This document shows positions 14,201-26,398 of a stretch of DNA of 64,000 nt, piece by piece; position 1 is the first letter of the stretch; every line of letters starts with the position of its first letter. The position numbers and the translations under genes were made by a program. This DNA comes from Eledone cirrhosa (Eukaryota), in NCBI GenBank assembly GCA_964016885.1, contig OZ024745.1, positions 1,736,001 to 1,800,000 on the forward strand, given 5' to 3'. The notes beneath the pieces are model-generated. The model did not search any database. It had not been told where the DNA came from and saw only the letters and a program-made list of their open reading frames with translations.

Positions 14201-17200
14201 TATCTACATGACTAGTTCTATGATAGTATCTATATGAAACCAGTTCTATGATAGTATCTACATGACACTAGTCCAAGATAGTATCTATATGACTAGTTCT
14301 ATGATAGTATCTATATGACACTAGTTCTATGATAGTATCTATATGACTAGTTCTATGATAGTATCAACATGACACTAGTTCTATGATAGTATCTATATGA
14401 CTAGTTCTATGATAGTATCTATATGACAATTGTTCTATGATAGTATCTATATGACACAAGTTCTATGATAATATCTATATGACACCAGTTCTATGATAGT
14501 ATCTACATGACACTAGTTCTACGATAGTATCTATATGAAACTAGTTCTATGATAGTATCTATATGACACTAGTTCTATGATAGTATCAACATGAAACTAG
14601 TTCTATGATAGTATCTATATGACTAGTTATATCATAGTATCTATATGACACTAGTTCTATGATAGTATCTATATGACACTAGTTCTATGACAGTATATAT
14701 ATGATTAGTTCTATGATAGTATCTATATGACACTAGTTCTATGATAGTATCTATATGACATTAGTTCTATGACAGTATCGATATGACACTAGTTCTATGA
14801 TAGTATCTACATGGCACTAGTTCTATGATAGTATATATATGACACTAGTTCTATGATAGTATCTATATGAAACTAGTTCTATGACAGTATCTATATGGCA
14901 CTAGTTCTATGACAGTATCCATATTACACTAGTTCTATGATAGTAACTACATGACACTATGTCTATGATAGTATCTATATGACACTAGTTCTATGATAGT
15001 ATCTATATGACTAGTTATATGATAGTATCTACATGGCACTAGTTCTATGACAGTATCTATATGACACTAGTTCTATGATAGTATCTATATGACACTAGTT
15101 CTATGATAGTATCTATATGACACTAGTTCTATGATAGTATCTATATGACTAGTTATATGATAGTATCTACATGGCACTAGTTCTATGACAGTATCTATAT
15201 GACACTAGTTCTATGATAGTATCTATATGACACTAGTTCTATGATAGTATCTATATGACACTAGTTCTATGATAGTATCAACATGACACTAGTTCTATGA
15301 CAGTATCTATAAAACTAGTTCTATGATAGTATCTATATAACACTAGTTCTATGATAGTATCTATAAAACTAGTTCTATGATAGTATCTACATGACACTAG
15401 TTCTATGATAGTATCTACATGACACTAGTTCTATGATAGTATCAACATGACACTAGTTCTATGATAGTATCTACATGACACTAGTACTATGATAGTATCT
15501 ATATGACACTAGTTCTATGATAGTATCTATATGGCACTAGTTCTATGATAGTATCTATATGACACTAGTTCTATGATAGTATCTATATGACACTAGTTCT
15601 ACGATAGTATCTATATGACGAGTTCTATGATAGTATCTATATGACAGTAGTTCTATGATAGTATCTACATGGCACTAGTTCTATGATAGTATCTATATGA
15701 CACTAGTTCTATGACAGTATCTATATGGCACTAGTTCTATGATAGTATCTATGTAACACTAGTTCTATGATAGTATCTATATGACACTAGTTCTACGATA
15801 GTATCTATATGACGAGTTCTATGATAGTATCTATATGGCACTAGTTCTATGATAGTATCTATATGACAGTAGTTCTATGATAGTATCTACATGGCACTAG
15901 TTCTATGATAGTATCTACATGACACTAGTTCTATGATAGTATCTATATGACACTATTTCTATGACAGTATCTATATGACACTAGTTCTATGACAGTATCT
16001 ATATGACTAGTTCTATGATAGAATCAACATGACACTAGTTCTATGACAGTATCTACATGACACTAGTTCTATGATAGTATCTATATGACTAGTTCTATGA
16101 TAGAATCAACATGACACTAGTTCTATGATAGTATCTACATGACACTAGTACTATGATAGTATCTATATAACACTAGTTCTATGATAGTATCTATATGACA
16201 CTATTTCTATGACAGTATCTATATGACACTAGTTCTATGATAGTATCTATATGGCACTAGTTCTAAGATAGTATATATATGACACTAGTTCTATGATAGT
16301 ATCTATATGGCACTAGTTCTAAGATAGTATATACATGACACTAGTTCTATGATAGTATCTACATGACACTAGTTCTATGATAGTATCAATCTGACACTAG
16401 TTCTATGATAGTATCTATATGACACTAGTTCTATGATAGTATCAACATGAAACTAGTTCTATGATAGTATCTATATGAAACCAGTTCTATGATAGTATCT
16501 ATATGACTTGTTCTATGATAGTATCTACATGACACTAGTTCTACGATAGTATCTATATGACTTGTTCTATGATAGTATCTATATGACACGAGTTCTATGA
16601 CAGTATCTATATGACTAGTTCTATGATAGTATCTATATAACACTAGTTCTATGATAGTATCTATATAACACTAGTTCTATGATAGTATCTATATGACTTG
16701 TTCTATGATAGTATCTATATGACACTAGTTCTATGATAGTATCTATATAACACTAGTTCTATGATAGTATCTATATGACTTGTTCTATGATAGTATCTAT
16801 ATGACACTAGTTCTATGATAGTATCTATATGACACTAGTTCTATGATAGTATCTATATGACACTAGTTCTATGATAATATCTATATGACACTAGTTCTAT
16901 GATAGTATCTATATGACACTAGTTCTATGATAGTATCTATATGACACTAGTTCTATGATAGTATCTACATGACACTAGTTCTATGATAGCATCTACATGA
17001 CACTAGTTCTATGATAGTATCATTATGACACTAGTTCTATGACAGTATCTACATGACACTAGTTCTACGATAGTATCTATATGACACTAGTTCTATGACA
17101 GTATCTATATGACACTAGTTCTATGATAGTATCTATATGACAACAGTTCTATGATAGTATCTACATGACACTAGTTCTATGATATTATCTATATGACACT

Positions 17201-18850
17201 AGTTCTATGATAGTATCTGCATGCCACTAGTTCTATGATATTATCTATATGACACTAGTTCTATGATAGTATCTATATGACACTAGTCCTATGATAGTAT
17301 CATTATGACACTAGTTCTATGACAGTATCTACATGACACTAGTTCTACGATAGTATCTATATAAAACTAGTTCTAGGATAGTATCTATATGACACTAGTT
17401 CTATGATAGTATCTATATGACACTAGTTCTATGACAGTATCTATATGAAACCAGTTCTATGATAGTATCTACATGACACTAGTTCTACGATAGTATCTAT
17501 ATGACACTAGTTCTATGATAGTATCTACATGACACTAGTTCTATGATAGTATCTAAATGAAACTAGTTCTATGATAGTATCTATATGACACTAGTTCTAT
17601 GATAGTATCTACATGACACTAGTTCTATGATAGTATCTATATAACACTAGTTCTATGATAATATCTACATGACACTAGTTCTATGATAGTATCTATATGA
17701 CACTAGTTCTATGACAGTATCTATATGAAACCAGTTCTATGATAGTATCTACATGACACTAGTTCTACGATAGTATCTATATGACACTAGTTCTATGATA
17801 GTATCTACATGACACTAGTTCTATGATAGTATCTATATACACTATTTCTATGACAGTATCTATATCACACTAGTTCTATGATAGTATCTATATGAAACTA
17901 GTTCTATTATAGTATCTATATGACACTAGTTCTATGACAGTATCTATATGACACTAGTTCTATGATAGTATCTACATGGCACTAGTTCTATGATAGTGTC
18001 TACATGACACTAGTTCTATGATAGTATCTATATGACACTAGTTCTATGATAGTATCTATATGACACTAGTTCTATGATAGTATCTATATGACTAGTTCTA
18101 TGATAGTATCTACAAGACACTAGTTCTATGATAGTATCTATATGACACTAGTTCTATGATAGTATCTACAAGACACTAGTTCTATGATAGTATCTATATG
18201 ACACTAGTTCTATGATAGTATCTATATGACTAGTTCTATGATAATATCTACATGACACTAGTTCTATGATAGTATCTACAAGACACTAGTTCTATGATAG
18301 TATCTATATGACACTAGTTCTATGATAGTATCCATATGACTAGTTCTATGATAGTATCTATATGACACTAATTCTATAATAATATCTATATGACACTAGT
18401 TCTATGATAGTATCAACATGACACTAGTTCTATGATAGTATCAATATGACACTAGTTCTATGATAGTATCTACATGACACTAGTTGTATGATAGTATCTA
18501 TATGACACTAGTTCTATGATAGTATCTATATGACACTAGTTCTATGATAGTATCTATATGACACTAGTTCTATGATAGTATCTACATGACACTAGTTCTA
18601 TACAAGTATCTATATGGCACTAGTTCTATGATAGTATCTATATGACACTAGTTCTATGATAGTATCTATATGACACTAGTTCTATGATAGTATCTATATG
18701 ACACTAGTTCTATGATAGTATCTATATGACACTAGTTCTATGATAGTATCTATATGACACTAGTTCTATGATAGTATCTATATGGCACTAGTTCTATGAT
18801 AGTATCTATATGACACTAGTTCTATGATTGTATCTACATGACACTAGTTT
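8259..18850 (+). repeat. 10.6-kb satellite, 28-bp unit GACACTAGTTCTATGATAGTATCTATAT with 26-bp variants, about 380 copies
   Basis: Period 28 read directly; frequent loss of one CA gives 26-bp units. Confidence 0.97.
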
Positions 18851-18859
18851 TGAAGATGT

Positions 18860-19340
18860 ATCTATAAGATGCTACTATAAGATGTAACTATAATATGTAA
18901 CTATAAGATATAACTATAAGATGTAACTACAAGATCTAACTATATGTAACTATAAGATGTAACTATATGTAATTATAAGATGTAACTATAAGATGTAACT
19001 ATAAACTCTAACTATAAGATATAACTATAAGATGTAACTATAAGATCTAACTATATGTAACTATAAGATGTAACTATAATATGTAACTATATGTAACTAT
19101 AACATGTAACTATAAGATGTAACTATAAGATGTAACTATATGTAACTATAAGATGTAACTATAATATGTAACTATATGTAACTATAAGATGTAACTATAA
19201 GATGTAACTATAAGATGTAACTGTAAGATCTAACTATATGTAACTATAAGATGTAACTATAAGATGTAACTATATGTAACTATAAGATGTAACTATAAGA
19301 TGTAACTATAAGATCTAACTATAAGATGTCACTATAAGAT
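18860..19340 (+). repeat. 13-bp minisatellite (AACTATAAGATGT)n with 10-bp variants
   Basis: Direct reading; abuts the 28-bp satellite. Confidence 0.92.
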
Positions 19341-19479
19341 ACAAATGTTTTCTCCATAGTAGACGTTCTTTCTATCTGAGACTTTATTTTATTGACCCAG
19401 AAAATATAAAATACGTTGATTCTCATTGGCAGGGAACTGAGAAGATAAAGCCCCGGAAGAGTGAGGCACATTTGTTCGA

Positions 19480-19640
19480 CGCACCAACCACTCTGCCAAT
19501 CCCTCGCCTTTTCTCCTTAAACATATAATTGTTTCTGATTTAGACACAAAGCGAACACTTTTGGAGGAGGGGAAAGTCGATAAAATCAACCCCAGTGCAT
19601 TACTGGTACTTTATTATATGGACCCCGTAAAGCTAACCTC
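19480..19640 (-). mobile_element. SINE fragments
   Basis: AACCACTCTGCCAAT (reverse A-box) and CCCAGTGCATTACTGGTACTTTATT are shared with the other copies. Confidence 0.6.
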
Positions 19641-19642
19641 AG

Positions 19643-19644
<2 letters not shown>

Positions 19645-19698
<54 letters not shown>

Positions 19699-20487
19699 AC
19701 ACACTCTCTCTCTCTCTCTCACGTATATATAACAATATATATGTATGTATATACATATATAAAAACACATACACTCCCTCGTGCAGGCAGATGTGAGCAT
19801 GTGTTGGAATATGTGTGTGTTTATTTGTGTGTGTACCCGTGTGTGCGTGTATATGTGCCTGTGTGTGTGTATGTCTCTGCCTGTGTGCCACTATATATAT
19901 ATATATGTGTGTATGTGTGTGTGTGTATGTGTGTGTGTGTGTATGTCTCCGCCTGTGTGCCAGTATATGTGTGTGTGTGTGTATCTCCGCCTGTGTGTCA
20001 GTATGTGTGTGTGTGTGTATCTCTGCCTATGTGCCAGTGTATGTCTCCGCCTGTGTGCCAGTGTGTGTGTGTGTCTGTGTGCCAGTGTGTGTGTGTGTCT
20101 GTGTGCCAGTGTGTGTATATGTCTGTGTGCCAGTGTGTGTATGTATCAGTGTGCCAGTGTGTGTGTCTGTGTGCCAGTGTGTGTGTGTGTGTGTCTGTGT
20201 GCCAGTGTGTATGTGTGTATATATGTATGTATGTATGTGTGTATGTATGTATATATGTATGTATGTATGTATATATGTATGTACTATGTATGTATGTATG
20301 TATGTATGTATGTATGTATGTATGTATGTACAAGTGCATGTATGTATATATGTATGTATGTATGTGTGTATGTATGTATATATGTATGTATATATGTATG
20401 TACTATGTATGTATGTATGTATGTATGTATGTATGTATGTATGTATGTATGTATGTACAAGTGCATGTATATATATATGTATGTATG
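19645..20487. repeat. (TC)n, (TG)n-derived and (TATG)n microsatellites
   Basis: Direct reading. Confidence 0.92.
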
Positions 20488-21150
20488 TTCTTCTGGTTTT
20501 ATAATTTCACAAAGTTTTACTAATAGAGAGAGAGTCAGTTTCTAACATAGACACAAGACTCTCTCATTGGAATTTACACAACATCAACTAGGTAGATATG
20601 TCTGTATGTCTGCATGTGTAGATATGGATGTTATTGTATGTGTGTATGTGGATGTTTTGAGTTGTATGTGTACATGTGTATATGCTTTGTATCTGTACGT
20701 GTGTATATGCAGTTATTAGATGCAACATTTTTCGAATGCTTTACATATTTTTACTATTCCATTAATGGATTGTACTTGTAATTTCCTAACTAGTTGTGTT
20801 CTTTCTGTTCCTGTGTATACCAGCTTCTCAAGATTTGTATTGAGGCAGTTACTAACATACCCCAGTGCCCCAATAATCACAGGCATAATCTGAAGGTGTA
20901 ATCAGGGTGGAGTATCTGCAGATTTCTCATCAGTTCTGCATAAATATTCTCCTTTTCGCTAATCTTTGATATTATATTGGCATCTGCTGGGCAGCTAATT
21001 TCCACCTCTGTGCATGCTTTCTTCTCCTTGTCCCATATCATAATATCTGGTCTGTTATGCCTGCATTTTATTGGGGTTTTTACTGGAACATTCCACCAGT
21101 ACTCTTTCATATTATGTACATGGATGTCTTCCATATTGCTGTAGCTTTTA
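20488..21150 (-). mobile_element. 5'-truncated RLE-type non-LTR retrotransposon (R4/Dong-like): endonuclease C-terminus and 3' UTR
   Basis: ORF 20877-21134 has YWWN...HNRPDIMIWDKEKK...VEISCP...KENIY (PD-(D/E)xK restriction-like endonuclease). It continues after a frameshift with IIGALG. (CATA)n lies on both sides. Confidence 0.8.
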
Positions 21151-21215
21151 ATGTATGTATGTATGTATGTATGTATGTATGTATGTATGTATGTATGTAT
21201 GTATGTATGTGTGTG

Positions 21216-21249
<34 letters not shown>

Positions 21250-21331
21250 TGTATGTGTGTATGTGTGTATGTGTATGTGTATGTATGTATGTATGTATGT
21301 ATGTATGTGTGTATGTATGTATGTATGTATG

Positions 21332-21364
<33 letters not shown>

Positions 21365-21559
21365 GTATGTGTGTGTATGTATGTATGTATGTATGTATGT
21401 ATGTGTGTATGTGTGTATGTGTATGTGTATGTATGTATGTATGTATGTATGTATGTATGTATGTATGTATGTATGTATGTACGTACGTATGTATGTATGT
21501 ATGTATGTATGTATCTACGTATGTGTGTATGTGTGTATGTGTATATGTATGTATGTGTG

Positions 21560-21612
<53 letters not shown>

Positions 21613-21728
21613 GTGCTTAGTTGTTAGTATATGCTCTATAAATATGTATGCTGCACGTGGTTTTGGAGCAGAAATGATGCAAAATGAAAGGCGTGTTTTG
21701 CTAATTAGGTAGATGCCAACTTACATAC

Positions 21729-21804
<76 letters not shown>

Positions 21805-21805
21805 G

Positions 21806-21863
<58 letters not shown>

Positions 21864-21950
21864 TACACACACACACACACACACGCATACACACACACAC
21901 GCATGCATACACACACACACACATACACACATACACACACACATACATTT
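21151..21950. repeat. (TATG)n, (TA)n and (CA)n microsatellites
   Basis: Direct reading. Confidence 0.93.
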
Positions 21951-22179
21951 CGTCTCATAAACACACTCATATGCATGCATCCATCAAGAGGTTAACAATT
22001 AAATGGTGGTAATTAAATGCATATACCACGCTTATCAAAGCCAGGAAGATATACAAGTGTAGACGTAGACAAGCATATGGTTATTTAGAAAACGTCATGC
22101 ATTCACACACACACACATATATAGAGTTGGTGTGTCAATAAAACTGCACATATAATATTTAGGTGTGTTGACGCAGCTG

Positions 22180-22420
22180 TGGAGACGCGTGGCCGAGTGG
22201 TAAGGGTGTTGGTCTTGCGATCAAATTGTCTTGGGTTCGATTTCTGGATTGGGTTGTGTGTTGTGTTCTGGAGTAAAACACTTTATTGCACATTGCTCCA
22301 GAACATTCAGCTGAAAATGTGTACCAATAATAGCTGGGGGTTTAATCCTGCGATGGACCGGCGTCTTGTCCAGGAAGGAGTCTTGTACTGTCAGTCATTT
22401 CCCGTCACAGTAACTGGGAT
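22180..22420 (+). mobile_element. tRNA-derived SINE (CORE-like, related to 228-340)
   Basis: TGGCCGAGTGG A-box and GGGTTCGATTTC B-box; AAAACACTTTATTGCACATTGCTCC resembles 315-340. Confidence 0.65.
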
Positions 22421-23445
22421 GAGTCTCCAAGCTCGAGACAGACTTTAGATGTGGACACAGCAGAGCTGGAAGGTTAAAAAGTATGCTTCTCGATAATGAA
22501 ATCCCGGGTTCGATCTTACTGCATGGTGTCTTCGACAACTGTCATTTTAACCCAAAACTTGGTGAGGCTGTTTTTTTTTTTTTTGTGCTGCTGGGGTTTC
22601 ACTTAGCCTCCCCACCAGGGTCTGGTCTGGTGGAGAGCCGGTTTAGTCGCCGTCTACTCGATCATGAAGTAAGTTTATACAGGGTTACATGGTACCAGTA
22701 ACAGGCAGAAGCCTGACCTGACGATAAGAATCGATTATGAAGATTTATTTTATGAAGTCGATGACAATTATCCCAAGAATAAACTTAATATGTTCTGGAA
22801 GAACAATACATTTGAAATCCCAACTAATATGCAGAAGAGATGCTCTACAAATATTTTAATAAAAATCTGGCGAGTTTCTTTCGACAAATATATTTGTGTT
22901 GAGGCAGCTTGGTGTATTTGCAGCACACTCTCATTGATTTTCATGAATCAAGTGTTTGATCCACGAAGAAGCTGCTTCACTTATGTTGTTAATTCACTTC
23001 GGAGAGGCATGAATGTCACAAAACCTTATTCCACTCTCCACTAAAACATAGTTCAAAGATGCAAGCATTAATAAGTATATTTTTATACACAATGCAAAAT
23101 AACGATTTATTATTTTCACAAACATTAAGAAATTTATAGAAATTAGTATAAGTGATTGGGTCGATATTTCTATATCATCCGTATCTGTTTTACCCACAGT
23201 GAATAAATGAAGGCGAGATTTAAACAGGTAAATAAATAATGTAACAATACCATATAGTTTATGGTAGCTGATTGTTTGATTAAATAGAGCCCAGTAATTA
23301 ACTGAAAAAGTGGCGAATTAGCAGAGTTGTTAAGGTTGTCGAATTAAAAATATCTCGGTACTTCTTTTGGTTTTCCTGATTTCATGGTCGATAAATAAAG
23401 TATCAGTCCAGCACTGGGGTTGGTTCTTTCTTTTTTGTCCCCCCC

Positions 23446-23478
<33 letters not shown>

Positions 23479-23562
23479 CAAAAGTTCTATTTAAATTGTT
23501 GGGATACAACAAGCAAATATTTTTATAACTGATATAAAGCACTCGACAAGTATTTGGAGTAA

Positions 23563-23910
23563 ATATACGATATTAACAAATGGAAACTATATTTATAAAA
23601 CCATATCTATTTTATTATACATATTTCAAGGATACCATGTTAAATTATGGTATGCTTTCATCAGACAAAATACAATATATACCAGTTTTATAAATAAATA
23701 TTGACATACCCTTTCAAAATGCTACCGTTACTGATGTCTTCCAAAAGTAACGGTAGCATTTTGAAAGGGTATGTCAATATTTATTTATAAAACTGGTATA
23801 TATTGTATTTTGTCTGATGAAAGCATACCATAATTTAACATGGTATCCTTGAAATATGTATAATAAAATAGATATGGTTTTATAAATATAGTTTCCATTT
23901 GTTAATATCG

Positions 23911-23915
<5 letters not shown>
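23563..23915. repeat. Long palindrome: about 170-bp inverted arms with a 13-bp spacer
   Basis: 23563-23732 is the reverse complement of 23746-23915; followed by (TA)n. Confidence 0.93.
23806..23870 (+). ncRNA. Minimal type I hammerhead ribozyme (mirror copy on minus strand at 23608-23672)
   Basis: TATTTTGT-CTGATGA-[AAGCATACCAT..ATGGTATCCTT]-GAAAT-ATGT-ATA-ATAAAATA: both core boxes, helix II, 2-bp helix III, AUA site and 8-bp helix I. Confidence 0.7.
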
Positions 23916-23941
<26 letters not shown>

Positions 23942-24120
23942 CAGCGCCGAAACATCGGTTCGGGAAACATTTACAGCTGATGATGGAAACTCCTTTCTTT
24001 CTTTCTCCTCCTGTTCCGTCCTAACCACCATCCTAAACCTTGGTTTTAGTAACCACAAAGCTCTTTTCGTTTCATAACTTTATATATATATATATATATA
24101 TATATTCATTTATATTATGA

Positions 24121-24229
24121 CTAAAAAGTGAGTCTTGTTACTCTGGAGTTTCGCCTGTTTATCACAGGGCCATCAAACGACCATGTGATAAACAGGCGAA
24201 ACTCCAGATTAATAAGACTCACTTTTTAG
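24121..24229. repeat. Fold-back element built from an HHR 3' half
   Basis: 46-bp inverted arms. The left arm on the minus strand reads helix II-GAAACT-CCAG-AGTA; no CTGANGA box; lies between (TA)n tracts. Confidence 0.75.
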
Positions 24230-24265
24230 CCAGTATTCCTTTCTCTCAGCCGTCCACCACAAACG

Positions 24266-24333
<68 letters not shown>

Positions 24334-24589
24334 GCGGCGATGAATTAGTTTTGCGAGGTTTTTTATATGAAATCGTGTGTCGAAACAAATATTGTTATAC
24401 TTGGGGAGGGTCATATTTGTGTAATATTGCCAGAATTAATAACAGAACACACTCACTGTTTGGTTGGTTTTCGCTTCTGTGTCTTTTATATCGGTAATCT
24501 AATATACTCGGTCCTCAATGTTGCCATTGACTGACCGACGGTCAAAAATAATACAGATACAATATAGACACAAACACATATATATAGTT

Positions 24590-24636
24590 TATCATAAATC
24601 TTTCGTTGCACATCTGCAACATCGTCAGTGGTGCTA
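24590..24636 (-). ncRNA. HHR-like motif in PLE A 3' terminal region (second copy on + at about 30115-30160)
   Basis: CTGACGA-T-GTTGCA-GATG-TGCAAC-GAAA: core boxes and helix II are clear; helices I and III are weak. Confidence 0.55.
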
Positions 24637-24724
24637 TCTTTTCCTCCTGTTGTATTGTATGTCTACGCCATTTTTATTCAGTCTGTCTATATATTTATTT
24701 ATTTATTTTATTTTATTTACTTAT

Positions 24725-26398
24725 TTATACTTCTCTTAGGTCAGTGTTGTTTGTTTGGGTGTTGTTATTATTCCATTCATTCTTTCTGTTTAGTCTTGGT
24801 CTTCTAATTTCTATTTCACTGGCCTCTCTGATTTGCATATCTGCTGGGTCATTTCTATGTTTAGATATTATTCTAATTTCTATGTTGTCTATGTTACCGT
24901 CATGTTGTTGTCTAGCATGTTCGTATAGTACTGACCCGTTTTTTCGTCCTTTTAGTTCCCCCCAGTGTTGGTCTATCCTTTCACCTATGCTACGAGCTGT
25001 CTCACCTATGTATGTTGTTGTCATGTTTCTGCAAGTACCCTCTGTACATCTTATGCTATAGACTACGTTTCTAGTTTTACAGTTTATCCGGGGGTTTACC
25101 TTACATATGATACATTTCCTATTGGTGCAGTGGGTTTTCTTAAAAGGGTAGGTTTTGCTGATCAGGGATTTTATGGTGGTTCCTGGCTTTTCTACCACCT
25201 TAATTTTTAAGTGGGTCTTTCTCAGGGCCTTTCTACACTGGTTAGCTAATTTCCCTCCAGGGGTAGCGTCCACAAACATGACACTCTGGTATCTCTGGTT
25301 GTCGTACCATGAGGTGGCTTTCCCTATCTTATGTCTAGCCCTATCTAAGCTATTCCATGATTTGCTCCTGTATAATGGGCAAATTCCTTTCATGTCCAGT
25401 TCTATGAGGGTCTTATACTTCTCCATGGCTCCTTCGTATACTCTGACTCTGTCTCTTTGGTTGTAGCCAGAGAACTGCATGCGGTTGATGAAGTGTTGGA
25501 TGTGTCTTTCCATTTCTGTTGGGTCGCACATGCGGGACACATTCTTCATCACTCGTACCAAATCTGCGATCAGAATATTAAACTTAGCACTGCTGGACAT
25601 TGCTGAGTTTTTGAGTATCAGGTATTTGGAGGCCATGGGTTTAGCATAGTGTGAGTGGAGAATTTGGGCTCTCTCGTCTATAGTGTTAATCCAGAGTTCT
25701 GTGTCTAATACGGGTAGTCTATTGTTAGGGTGTTTGGAAGGGAAGTCGATAGTTACAGTTATACTCTGGTGTATGGAATTAGCTATCTGCTGGATGCTTT
25801 CCATCGTGCTACGTTCTAAATCAAACTTGTTAGTGCTCTCTAGTGGGGGTGTTCTTATAACTATATTGATATCGTCTACATAACGAGAGTACATGATGAG
25901 GTCTATGGAGCTCTCATTAAGGAGATCTTTAAGTCTCCTTTCCCACCATACCATGAAAAGGTTGGCAACATCACCAGCTATGCTGACGCCGATGGCTGCT
26001 CCCTCATTTTGGGTGTAGATCTTCTCGTTGAACTTAAATATGTGGCCCTTTAGGGTAGTTTTGATACTAGCCCCTATTGCATGTGCGACCATTTTTCTTA
26101 CCTGATCATTGTTTTGGGGGGTCCGTATAGCTTTGGTCCACCCAATCCACCTTCCCATGGGAGTCTTTTTTGCCATTGAGGTTATGGTGGGGGGTCTACC
26201 TCTTATAGGTCTACTAGGGCAGAAACGTCTAAGGTCATGGCTGTCTAGGTAGTCAGTGTCGTAGGTAAGTCTAAGTAGGAGGCCCAGTTCGTCTGTGTCG
26301 ACGTCGCAGAACTCCACCTCATTCTCAATGATCATCTCCACACATCTTTTCACAGCAAAATCAATGTTAATGGATGGGTACAGTGACACCACATCCAT
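24725..26398 (-). CDS. PLE reverse transcriptase core, thumb, Cys-rich linker and GIY-YIG endonuclease
   Basis: MDVVSLYPSI, QNEGAAIG, RYVDD, LPVLD, CTNRKCIIC, VVYSIRC...YIGETAR. Confidence 0.9.
   Translation of the reverse strand: MDVVSLYPSINIDFAVKRCVEMIIENEVEFCDVDTDELGLLLRLTYDTDYLDSHDLRRFCPSRPIRGRPPTITSMAKKTPMGRWIGWTKAIRTPQNNDQVRKMVAHAIGASIKTTLKGHIFKFNEKIYTQNEGAAIGVSIAGDVANLFMVWWERRLKDLLNESSIDLIMYSRYVDDINIVIRTPPLESTNKFDLERSTMESIQQIANSIHQSITVTIDFPSKHPNNRLPVLDTELWINTIDERAQILHSHYAKPMASKYLILKNSAMSSSAKFNILIADLVRVMKNVSRMCDPTEMERHIQHFINRMQFSGYNQRDRVRVYEGAMEKYKTLIELDMKGICPLYRSKSWNSLDRARHKIGKATSWYDNQRYQSVMFVDATPGGKLANQCRKALRKTHLKIKVVEKPGTTIKSLISKTYPFKKTHCTNRKCIICKVNPRINCKTRNVVYSIRCTEGTCRNMTTTYIGETARSIGERIDQHWGELKGRKNGSVLYEHARQQHDGNIDNIEIRIISKHRNDPADMQIREASEIEIRRPRLNRKNEWNNNNTQTNNTDLREV

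Noticed and set aside
19561-22012. Cys/Val/Met/Tyr-rich ORFs
   Set aside because: Translations of (TG)n and (TATG)n microsatellites.
22575-22660. Minus-strand hairpin followed by GCTAA, resembling HDV ribozyme P4-J4/2
   Set aside because: No P1, P2 or P3 pairing found.
23940-24000. CTGATGA and GAAAC motifs near the palindrome
   Set aside because: No helix II between the boxes; cannot fold as a hammerhead.
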